From the NCBI GenBank assembly GCA_024409235.1, contig JAKSUA010000003.1, forward strand, positions 137,309 through 201,308: 64,000 nucleotides of DNA, in the 5' to 3' direction. Under the pieces are notes generated by a model. That model was not told the origin of the DNA and did no database searches. It worked only from the letters and a program-made list of their open reading frames with translations. Source of the DNA: Bacteroidales bacterium (lineage in GTDB: Bacteria; Bacteroidota; Bacteroidia; Bacteroidales; UBA1715). Position 1 is the stretch's first letter, and each line of letters starts with the position of its first letter. Positions 20,195-28,039 of this stretch are shown piece by piece. The translations under genes were made by a program, and so were the position numbers.

Positions 20195-20644
20195 ATGGCT
20201 TATCCGCAACTGAAATTAGATAACCAACTTTGCTTTCGACTTTACACAGCAGCTCGCCTCGTAACGTCAAGCTACACTCCTTTCTTTAAGAAGCTCGGCA
20301 TAACATACCCACAATATCTTGTGTTAATGATATTATGGGAGCAAGACAATCGCTTGGTTGGCGACATCACCGAGAAATTGAAATTGGAGACAAACACTGT
20401 AACCCCTCTCCTACAACGTATGGAAAAATTGGGATTAATTGTGCGACAGAAGAGCTTGGCGGATACCCGTCAGCGTATAGTTTCCTTGACCAAAAAAGGC
20501 AAACATTTGGAAGAGGAAATTAAAGATGTACCTAACTGCCTTGCGAGAGATATCGTGGGAAAAAACGTGAAGATTGAAGAAATGCAAACGCTTATTCCGT
20601 TATTGGATAACTTCATACATGCATTAAGTCCGGACAAGGATTAG
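20195..20644 (+). CDS. ohrR: MarR-family transcriptional regulator, OhrR-like
   Basis: N-terminal LDNQLCFRLYTA (redox-sensing Cys context of OhrR), YPQYLVLMILWE, and a winged-helix region. Strong resemblance to B. subtilis OhrR from memory. Confidence 0.8.
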   Translation: MAYPQLKLDNQLCFRLYTAARLVTSSYTPFFKKLGITYPQYLVLMILWEQDNRLVGDITEKLKLETNTVTPLLQRMEKLGLIVRQKSLADTRQRIVSLTKKGKHLEEEIKDVPNCLARDIVGKNVKIEEMQTLIPLLDNFIHALSPDKD

Positions 20645-20727
20645 TAATGTACTACTAATTATAAAGACCAAGTATGTTTTTGTTGACTGTTAGTTTACAA
20701 GAACATACTTTTTTGCATACTACTAAA

Positions 20728-20757
20728 ATAAAAAAGGAGTACATTTCTGTACTCCTT
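20728..20757 (-). terminator. rho-independent terminator after tRNA-Cys
   Basis: 10-bp perfect stem AAGGAGTACA/TGTACTCCTT with a 4-nt loop. The T-run is on the minus strand (A-run 20730..20735 on plus). Confidence 0.7.
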
Positions 20758-20759
20758 CG

Positions 20760-20831
20760 AGGTTCCTGGCGGATTCGAACCGCCGTAGACGGTTTTGCAG
20801 ACCGGTGACTAAACCACTCATCCAAGGAACC
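20760..20831 (-). tRNA. tRNA-Cys (anticodon GCA)
   Basis: The reverse complement is GGTTCCTTGGATGAGTGG...CCGGTCTGCAAAACCG...GGCGGTTCGAATCCGCCAGGAACC. Acceptor GGTTCCT/AGGAACC, anticodon loop CTGCAAA. Confidence 0.85.
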
Positions 20832-20868
20832 GTTTTAAAAAAGCCTTAAAATCTCTTTCAAGGCTTAG

Positions 20869-20952
20869 TACCAAAGGCGGGAATCGAACCCGCACGATAT
20901 TGCTATCACTGGATTTTGAGTCCAGCGCGTCTACCAATTCCGCCACTTTGGC
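20869..20952 (-). tRNA. tRNA-Leu (anticodon CAA), long variable arm
   Basis: The reverse complement is GCCAAAGTGGCGGAATTGGTAGACGCGCTGGACTCAAAATCCAG + variable arm + GCGGGTTCGATTCCCGCCTTTGGTA. Confidence 0.88.
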
Positions 20953-21065
20953 ATTTGGTGGTGCACCAATATACACAATTCTTTTATTTTTTATGACTTT
21001 CCGGGAAAAATTACACCGTTTCTGCAAAATCTTTCTTTAAACGTCTGATTTTAAGAAAAATACAA

Positions 21066-21347
21066 TTAGTGCAATTTTCGTAAAACGGTTATTCCGTCAC
21101 GGATAGGAAAAATTACCGTTTCCACATGAGGATTATTTTTCACTAAATCATTAAACGCAAGAATACCTTTTGTTTGCAAATCATTTTTGTCAACATGTTC
21201 GTCTATCACATGTCCGTCCCACAGCGTATTGTCGGCAAAAATATAGCCGCCGACATTTAATTTCTCCATACAAGCCTCATAATATGCAATATAATGACGT
21301 TTGTTCCCATCCATAAACACAGCATCGAAATTGTATGGAAGCGATCC
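21066..21347 (-). pseudogene. 5'-truncated class I SAM-dependent O-methyltransferase (family 3, caffeoyl-CoA OMT-like), C-terminal ~90 codons only
   Basis: The frame reads (stop)GSLPYNFDAVFMDGNKRHYIAYYEACMEKLNVGGYIFADNTLWDGHV...IFPIRDGITVLRKLH. This is the FDxxFxDxdK...GGxxxxDNxLWxG C-terminal half. The SAM-binding N-terminal half is absent, and an in-frame TAA lies at 21348..21350. Confidence 0.7.
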
Positions 21348-21558
21348 TTATATCTTTACTGCAACCAATAAGACTACAGGTACAGTTTATAAAACAACGG
21401 TAAGTGCAAATTCAAACAAAACGCTATCGAATTGCGAAACAGGTAGTTATACGGTTTCCTACGAACAAGCTTCGGGATATTTGATTTATGCAACTACTGG
21501 CTCGTGGGATGCTGCAACATTAGACGATGGTTACATTCGAACATATACTTTAAAGTAA
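21301..21558 (+). CDS. hypothetical protein fragment (possible 5'-truncated remnant; no ATG start)
   Basis: The ORF is initiated only by TTG, and its first ~15 codons overlap the OMT remnant on the other strand. The stop is 1 nt before the next ATG. Confidence 0.3.
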   Translation: MFPSINTASKLYGSDPYIFTATNKTTGTVYKTTVSANSNKTLSNCETGSYTVSYEQASGYLIYATTGSWDAATLDDGYIRTYTLK

Positions 21559-21559
21559 A

Positions 21560-22174
21560 ATGAAAAGATTATGTTTAATTTGTGTTTCATTATATATCGG
21601 CTTATTATCATTTGCTCAAGATTTTCCATATTGTAAAATTTTGAATTACAGTTCTACCCAATTTAAGGAAGCGAAATTCAAATATGATTCTTACTATAAT
21701 CAATGGAAATTCCAAAAAATAAATGGATGGAACGAAACTGCAAATATACTAAATGCTCTTGCAGGAATGGAAAGCGATATTAAACCAGACGAAAGAGATT
21801 ATTTTATCATTGTACAAATGGGAGAAAATAACCAAATTGCTTGGATACAAGTTGTTTTCTATCAAACAAGTACATATCACGATATACTCACATTTGCAGC
21901 TGACAAAGGTTCTAATAATTTAGAGACAAATTCTGGTAAAATGACAAAGTTACAATTTAATTATGACAATTATAGCTTTTCGATGGTTCGCAATCTATTT
22001 GAAGTAAAAACAACATCAACAAACACATCAGCAGCTGCGAAAACAAAGGATAATTCTTATAATCAATATGTATATACTATCTATACAGGCGTTACAGAAG
22101 AATCCCTTTATTTAAAGAAACAAGCAGAGAAGCAAGAAAAACGAGATGCCAAAGGAAAAAACAAAACAATGTAG
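21560..22174 (+). CDS. hypothetical secreted protein
   Basis: 204-aa ORF with a signal peptide (LLSFAQ) and a Lys-rich C-terminus. No recognised motif. Confidence 0.5.
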   Translation: MKRLCLICVSLYIGLLSFAQDFPYCKILNYSSTQFKEAKFKYDSYYNQWKFQKINGWNETANILNALAGMESDIKPDERDYFIIVQMGENNQIAWIQVVFYQTSTYHDILTFAADKGSNNLETNSGKMTKLQFNYDNYSFSMVRNLFEVKTTSTNTSAAAKTKDNSYNQYVYTIYTGVTEESLYLKKQAEKQEKRDAKGKNKTM

Positions 22175-22208
22175 ATAACTTTTATTAATCCTGCTGCAAT
22201 TCTAAAAA

Positions 22209-22240
22209 TAAAAAAGCCACTCAAACGAGTGACTTTTCTT
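22209..22240. terminator. bidirectional terminator-like hairpin between the hypothetical gene and the rpiB copy
   Basis: AAAAAGCCACTC-aaac-GAGTGACTTTT. There is one C-A mismatch on plus, which is a G-U pair on minus. A-run and T-run flank the hairpin. Confidence 0.55.
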
Positions 22241-22256
22241 GTTAATTTTCAATCTA

Positions 22257-22694
22257 TTACAAATCTATTTTATTGATTCTATTCTCGTGGCGACCACCTT
22301 CGAAATCTGTAGATAAAAATGTTTGTGCAATACGCTAAGCATCTTGAGCTGGAATGAATCGTGCTGGAATTGCACAAATGTTTGCGTTGTTGTGAGCACG
22401 GGCTAAGCGAGCGATTTCTTCGTTCCAACAAAGAGCAGAACGAACACCTTTATGCTTGTTTACCGTCATATTTACGCCATTGCCAGAACCACAAAGCACA
22501 AAAACAAGAGGAAATTCAGTATTGCTAATCGCAGCACCAACTTTGTGCGCAAAGTCAGGATAATCTACCGAAGCATCTGAATTTGTACCGTAATCAACAA
22601 CTTCATAACCAGCAGTTTCAAGTTGTTTCTTTATAAATTCCTTCATTTGAAAACCTGCGTGGTCGCAAGCCATTGCAATTCTCTGAATTCCCAT
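22257..22694 (-). pseudogene. rpiB: second rpiB copy interrupted by an in-frame TAG (Trp codon TGG->TAG at 22335..22337)
   Basis: 119-aa ORF 22335..22694 is ~91% identical to RpiB 18046..18483. After the TAG, the same frame continues RIAQTFLSTDFEGGRHENRINKIDL, identical to copy 1, to a stop at 22257. Confidence 0.8.
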
Positions 22695-22795
22695 TATTTC
22701 TGTTTTTATGCGACAAAATCACTGCATTTTATTATATAACTAATTCTACAAATTCATTTTTTTCTTTTTAAATGAATAGATTTACGAATAAATAG

Positions 22796-22803
22796 TATTT
22801 TTG
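22796..22803 (+). promoter_or_regulatory. -7 box (TATTTTTG) upstream of ribE
   Basis: Perfect TAnnTTTG, 25 nt before ATG 22828. It overlaps the first bases of the TTG-initiated longest ORF (22801), so it supports the ATG start. Confidence 0.4.
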
Positions 22804-22827
22804 CTCTATATAAAAACCATATACATT

Positions 22828-23430
22828 ATGTTTTCCGGAATAGTTGAAGAATGTGCCAAAGTAGTTGGCATAGAGAAAGACCAAACAAACATTCATTTTA
22901 CGCTTTCGTGTAGTTTTGTGAACGAGTTGGGTATTGATCAAAGTATTGCCCATAACGGCGTTTGCCTTACTGTTGTTCGTAAAACCGATACAACATACAC
23001 TGTTACTGCTATGCAAGAAACACTTTTGAAGTCGAATTTGGGGGATTTGACTGTAGGAAGTGAAGTAAACGTGGAACGAAGCATGAATATGAATGGACGC
23101 TTAGACGGCCACATCGTACAAGGACATGTGGACCAAACTGCTACTTGCACAAAAATAGAAGAAGCTGACGGTAGTTGGTATTTCACTTTTGAATACGAGC
23201 CGGCACAAAAAGACTACATCACCGTTGAAAAAGGCTCTGTAACGGTAAATGGCGTCAGCTTGACTGTGGTCAATTCACAACGAAAATCTTTTCAGGTGGC
23301 AATAATTCCTTTTACTTTCGAACACACAAATTTCCACAACATTAAAGTTGGAACACGCGTGAACTTGGAATTCGACATTATCGGAAAATACATTGCCCGT
23401 TACCTCGAATTACAAGGAACTGTAAAATAG
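22828..23430 (+). CDS. ribE: riboflavin synthase (alpha chain)
   Basis: MFSGIVEE start, two lumazine-binding repeats (NGVCLTV / NGVSLTV), ~200 aa. Confidence 0.93.
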   Translation: MFSGIVEECAKVVGIEKDQTNIHFTLSCSFVNELGIDQSIAHNGVCLTVVRKTDTTYTVTAMQETLLKSNLGDLTVGSEVNVERSMNMNGRLDGHIVQGHVDQTATCTKIEEADGSWYFTFEYEPAQKDYITVEKGSVTVNGVSLTVVNSQRKSFQVAIIPFTFEHTNFHNIKVGTRVNLEFDIIGKYIARYLELQGTVK

Positions 23431-24128
23431 TGATTGCTCTTTTCGAGCGCATTCGGGATTTATTTCAACTATTCTTTCCCGAAACGTGCGAAGTTTGCAA
23501 CAACAGCCTCCGATATGGTGAACATTTGATTTGTACGGATTGTCTTTTGGACATTCCTAAAATTTATTTGCATAATCTTGACCGAAATCCCGTAGAGGAT
23601 ATTTTTGCGGGACAAATTCCTTTTACACGAGCAACAGCATTCTTCAACTATCAGAAGCACACCAATTTTGCGCATTTAGTCCACAAACTGAAATATCAAG
23701 GGCGAGATGACATTGGCATTTGGTTGGGAGAGAACTTCGGCGTGGAACTACGAAATTCGGGGTTCCTTTCCGACATAGATGCGATTGTTCCGATTCCGCT
23801 TCATCCTAAAAGACAACGCAAACGTGGCTACAATCAAAGTCAGATTATTGCGCAAGGAATTTCGAACATCACGCAAATTGCCATTTTCGACAAAGCCGTG
23901 ATTCGTGCAGTAAACACCAAAACGCAGACGAAGAAAAACAAAAACGAACGAGCAAAAAACGTAAGAGATATTTTCGAAGTCGCCGACGCATCTTTGTTAG
24001 ACGGAAAACACATTTTGATTCTCGATGATGTGATTACAACCGGGGCAACCTGCATTTCGTGCGCCGAAACGATTCTAAAAAACTCAAACGTAAAAGCAGT
24101 GAGTTTTGCAAGTATTGCATTAGCATAA
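23430..24128 (+). CDS. comF: ComF family protein (phosphoribosyltransferase-like)
   Basis: N-terminal Cys4 (CEVCNN...CTDC) and the C-terminal PRTase motif ILILDDVITTGAT. The GTG start overlaps the ribE stop. Confidence 0.85.
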   Translation: MIALFERIRDLFQLFFPETCEVCNNSLRYGEHLICTDCLLDIPKIYLHNLDRNPVEDIFAGQIPFTRATAFFNYQKHTNFAHLVHKLKYQGRDDIGIWLGENFGVELRNSGFLSDIDAIVPIPLHPKRQRKRGYNQSQIIAQGISNITQIAIFDKAVIRAVNTKTQTKKNKNERAKNVRDIFEVADASLLDGKHILILDDVITTGATCISCAETILKNSNVKAVSFASIALA

Positions 24129-24158
24129 AAAAAGCAGAACCTTTTGGCTCTGCTTTTC
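24127..24158. terminator. bidirectional terminator between comF and groEL
   Basis: AAAGCAGAACC-tttt-GGCTCTGCTTTT, with a G-U pair on the minus strand. An A-run and a T-run flank it. Confidence 0.65.
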
Positions 24159-24180
24159 GTTATTTAGAATTTTGTATTGA

Positions 24181-25830
<1,650 letters not shown>

Positions 25831-25837
25831 TTAGATA

Positions 25838-26116
25838 TTACAATATTAAAAGTATGTCTGATTGAGAAAGAAGAAGATATTTTTCGCCTTCGAAAGTTAA
25901 TTCGGTACCAGCATATTTGCCGTATAAAACGCTGTCACCAACAGCAACTTCCATTTCTTCATCTTTTTTAGCTTTACCAACAGCGATAACCTTACCTTGA
26001 AGAGGTTTTTCTTTAGCTGAATCTGGAAGGATGATTCCTGAAACAGTTTTTTCTTCTGCGGCTTCTGGTTTTACTAGAACCTTGCCAGCAAGTGGTTTAC
26101 CTTTGAATTCTGACAT
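25838..26116 (-). CDS. groS: co-chaperonin GroES
   Basis: 92 aa with a GroES-like pattern (KPLAGKVLVKP...GIILPDSAKEKP...GDSVLYGKYAG). Lies 19 nt upstream of groEL. Confidence 0.97.
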   Translation of the reverse strand: MSEFKGKPLAGKVLVKPEAAEEKTVSGIILPDSAKEKPLQGKVIAVGKAKKDEEMEVAVGDSVLYGKYAGTELTFEGEKYLLLSQSDILLIL

Positions 26117-26317
26117 ATCTTTATTTATTAATAGTTAAACATTTTTGAAAACAGATTTCTCTTTGTCATAATTTATGCCAAGAATCTATTTTGAATAATT
26201 GGCAGAAAAAACAATTGGAAGCTTGTCATATTGGCATATTCAGATGAAATTATGGCAAGAATGTTTTAAGAACGTAAATTGTTTCAATGCTATGATAAGA
26301 TTTAGGTTCTATATTAG

Positions 26318-26389
26318 TAGTCCCGCCGGGAATCGAACCCGAATCAAAAGTTTAGGAAACTTCTATTCTATCCATTGAACTACAGGACC
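26318..26389 (-). tRNA. tRNA-Arg (anticodon CCT)
   Basis: The reverse complement is GGTCCTGTAGTTCAATGGATAGAATAGAAGTTTCCTAAACTTTTGATTCGGGTTCGATTCCCGGCGGGACTA. Anticodon loop TTCCTAA. The acceptor stem has G-U pairs, so ends are +/- 1-2 nt. Confidence 0.8.
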
Positions 26390-26394
26390 AAGAT

Positions 26395-26772
26395 TTAGCA
26401 ATCTTCTTCCCTTAACTCAAATTCTAAGCTTAGTAGTTTGGAGAATCTCATACCTGATGCCATCATATCAGGGTCGCTCTTTTTGTATTTCCAAATTATT
26501 TGAACAAAAACTTTGTCACTTAATTTTTCAAGAAGAAGGAATACTTTTGCTATCTGTTTTGCTGAGGATGTATTGAAATATTCCATGGAAAATTCAAAAT
26601 CAATGTCATTCTCGGCTTCTTCAGAAAACTTTTTTAACCATTCAAAAACAGGTTCATAAAAAGCAATGGAATCTTCGGGAAGAGATTTTCCTGAAATTGA
26701 AAACTTGTTGTTTTCAGCATCTAAAATGATTTCTGGAGTTTCTTCTGTTGCTTCTATGTGTAAAGTTTCCAT
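26395..26772 (-). CDS. DUF1987 / SiaC-like regulatory phosphoprotein
   Basis: 125 aa: TPEIILDAENNKFSISGKSLPEDSIAFYEPVFEWL...FSMEYFNTSSAKQIAKVF. This matches the SiaC/DUF1987 pattern, including the YFNTSS region that carries the phospho-Thr in P. aeruginosa SiaC. Confidence 0.75.
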   Translation of the reverse strand: METLHIEATEETPEIILDAENNKFSISGKSLPEDSIAFYEPVFEWLKKFSEEAENDIDFEFSMEYFNTSSAKQIAKVFLLLEKLSDKVFVQIIWKYKKSDPDMMASGMRFSKLLSLEFELREEDC

Positions 26773-26773
26773 A

Positions 26774-27895
26774 TTAAATCGTTACTTGCATTAAAATAAA
26801 AGAGATTGTGTCGTTAACCGGTGTTAGTTCGTATGTGATCTTGTGTCCACTTTTCATTCGTAGATCAACTAAGCCAAGGCCGGCTTCTTTACTATTGTCA
26901 ACGTCAAAATCAAGAAGCGACTTCATATAAAAATCATCCAATTCGTTGTTGTCCAACGAATTTAACAAGTCGATTTTTGACGTTACTTTTTCAATACAGG
27001 TGTTTTCTATATAGTTTCCAGCATTAAGAGAGAATTCTTCTCCATTTTGGCCGATATAGAACAAAACAGGACTTCCGCCAGGACGTGACTCATCGTATTT
27101 TGCGCCATGTTTTACAACATTCTGCAACATTTCAACCATCACGTTGTACATTTTTTTCTTGCGTTCTAATTTTCCAAATGCTTGTTCGTTAATTAACGAA
27201 AGAATGTCAATTAAACTTTTTTGATTCAATCCTCCATTGAAAATCAACATGATATTTTTCTGAAGGATAAACTTATGTAAAGACACAACGTCCTGAATGT
27301 CAATAAAATCAATCGGTGCTTCCTCTAATTGTTGTGAAATAGACGTATTCATATAGAAGTATGAGATTTCTTCGTCTAATTCTTCAAACGTATAGAAAAG
27401 CTTATTTCCCGATTTTCGTGCCATTTCGATTAATCCAAGTCCGGCACCGCCTTTACTTGAGATACTTCCATCTTCCAAAACTTGCTTGTAGTAATCCTTT
27501 AAAGCATCTTTGTCGAGGCTGTTTACTTTATCAAGGAGTTTTTTCAAATGAGGGATTGCGTCGTTGTTTACGACATTTCCCGAAGTCATTTGATATGCTT
27601 TGTCCTTATTGCAGACAACAAATAGTCCAGATTGGTCGGCAGTAACATTTTCGCGACCGTCAATAAATTGATGTCGTGTGATATTTTGCAGACACTCTAC
27701 CATAATAGAGAACACACGTTTTTTCAACTTTGATGACTCACCAACAGAATCAAGATTGTTTTCAGTCAATGCTATGATACTGTCTGTAATCACCTGAGAA
27801 AAAACGCCACGATAAATATAAACCAAATCTTCTCGTTGAAGTCCTTCAAACAAAGTCAATTCGTTAATTTCTCTTTCTGTTTGTTTCTGCCCCAT
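26774..27895 (-). CDS. tandem SiaB-like (GHKL/SpoIIAB-type) serine/threonine kinase, two fused domains
   Basis: Two ~185-aa halves. Each has an N-box-like motif (VECLQNITRH / VEMLQNVVKH) and a G-box-like motif (GGAGLGLIEMARKSG / EAGLGLVDLRMKSG). ATG 27895 (MGQKQTE) is preferred over GTG 27913. The stop is 1 nt from the siaC-like start. Confidence 0.7.
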   Translation of the reverse strand: MGQKQTEREINELTLFEGLQREDLVYIYRGVFSQVITDSIIALTENNLDSVGESSKLKKRVFSIMVECLQNITRHQFIDGRENVTADQSGLFVVCNKDKAYQMTSGNVVNNDAIPHLKKLLDKVNSLDKDALKDYYKQVLEDGSISSKGGAGLGLIEMARKSGNKLFYTFEELDEEISYFYMNTSISQQLEEAPIDFIDIQDVVSLHKFILQKNIMLIFNGGLNQKSLIDILSLINEQAFGKLERKKKMYNVMVEMLQNVVKHGAKYDESRPGGSPVLFYIGQNGEEFSLNAGNYIENTCIEKVTSKIDLLNSLDNNELDDFYMKSLLDFDVDNSKEAGLGLVDLRMKSGHKITYELTPVNDTISFILMQVTI

Positions 27896-27948
27896 AAACA
27901 ATTTTAGACACACTTTGCGAAGTTAGGATTTTCTTGTGAATTTACAAA

Positions 27949-27956
27949 CAAATTTA
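27949..27956 (-). promoter_or_regulatory. -7 box (TAAATTTG on minus strand) upstream of the siaB-like gene
   Basis: Perfect TAnnTTTG, 54 nt upstream of ATG 27895. Confidence 0.35.
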
Positions 27957-27994
27957 TCTTATAAAATCAATTTTTTCATTATTCGAGTTTTAAT

Positions 27995-28002
27995 TAGCTT
28001 TG
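27995..28002 (+). promoter_or_regulatory. -7 box (TAGCTTTG) upstream of the beta-helix lipoprotein gene
   Basis: Perfect TAnnTTTG, 38 nt before ATG 28040. A 10-bp palindrome CGAATATTCG (28020..28029) lies between the box and the ATG. Confidence 0.35.
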
Positions 28003-28039
28003 CATTCAAATAAAATAAGCGAATATTCGTTATGTTTTT

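Noticed and set aside
20957-20966. 10-bp palindrome TGGTGCACCA just upstream of tRNA-Leu as a regulatory or att site.
   Set aside because: It is short, single-copy in the window, and overlaps no promoter-like element. Chance occurrence is plausible.
20818-21027. 69-aa minus-strand ORF covering tRNA-Cys/tRNA-Leu.
   Set aside because: It is a translation of tRNA sequence and spacer. The tRNA cloverleaves explain the region.
22335-22337. Possibility that the in-frame TAG in rpiB copy 2 is recoded (pyrrolysine or suppressor read-through).
   Set aside because: Copy 1 has TGG (Trp) at the same site, and TAG is used as an ordinary stop elsewhere in the window (e.g. ribE, coaD). No pyl genes or PYLIS-like context are visible. 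A point mutation or sequencing error is the simpler explanation.
18046-22694. Calling the rpiB-bounded segment a mobile genetic element or genomic island.
   Set aside because: No integrase, transposase, relaxase, phage genes or terminal inverted repeats were found. The only repeats are the rpiB paralogues themselves. I report it as a rearrangement-prone patchwork, not as a mobile element.
22695-22827. FMN riboswitch upstream of ribE, and a yybP-ykoY Mn riboswitch upstream of mntP (59623..59630).
   Set aside because: The ribE upstream region is 133 nt of AT-rich sequence without the conserved GC-rich FMN-element cores. mntP starts only 8 nt after the S8 peptidase stop, which leaves no room for a riboswitch.
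26160-26262. TGGCA-containing repeats upstream of groES as a sigma-54 (TGGCAC-N5-TTGCW) promoter or CIRCE operator.
   Set aside because: No element has the required TGGCAC-N5-TTGC spacing on the groES strand, and no TTAGCACTC-N9-GAGTGCTAA inverted repeat is present. I kept this only as an unexplained repeat motif.
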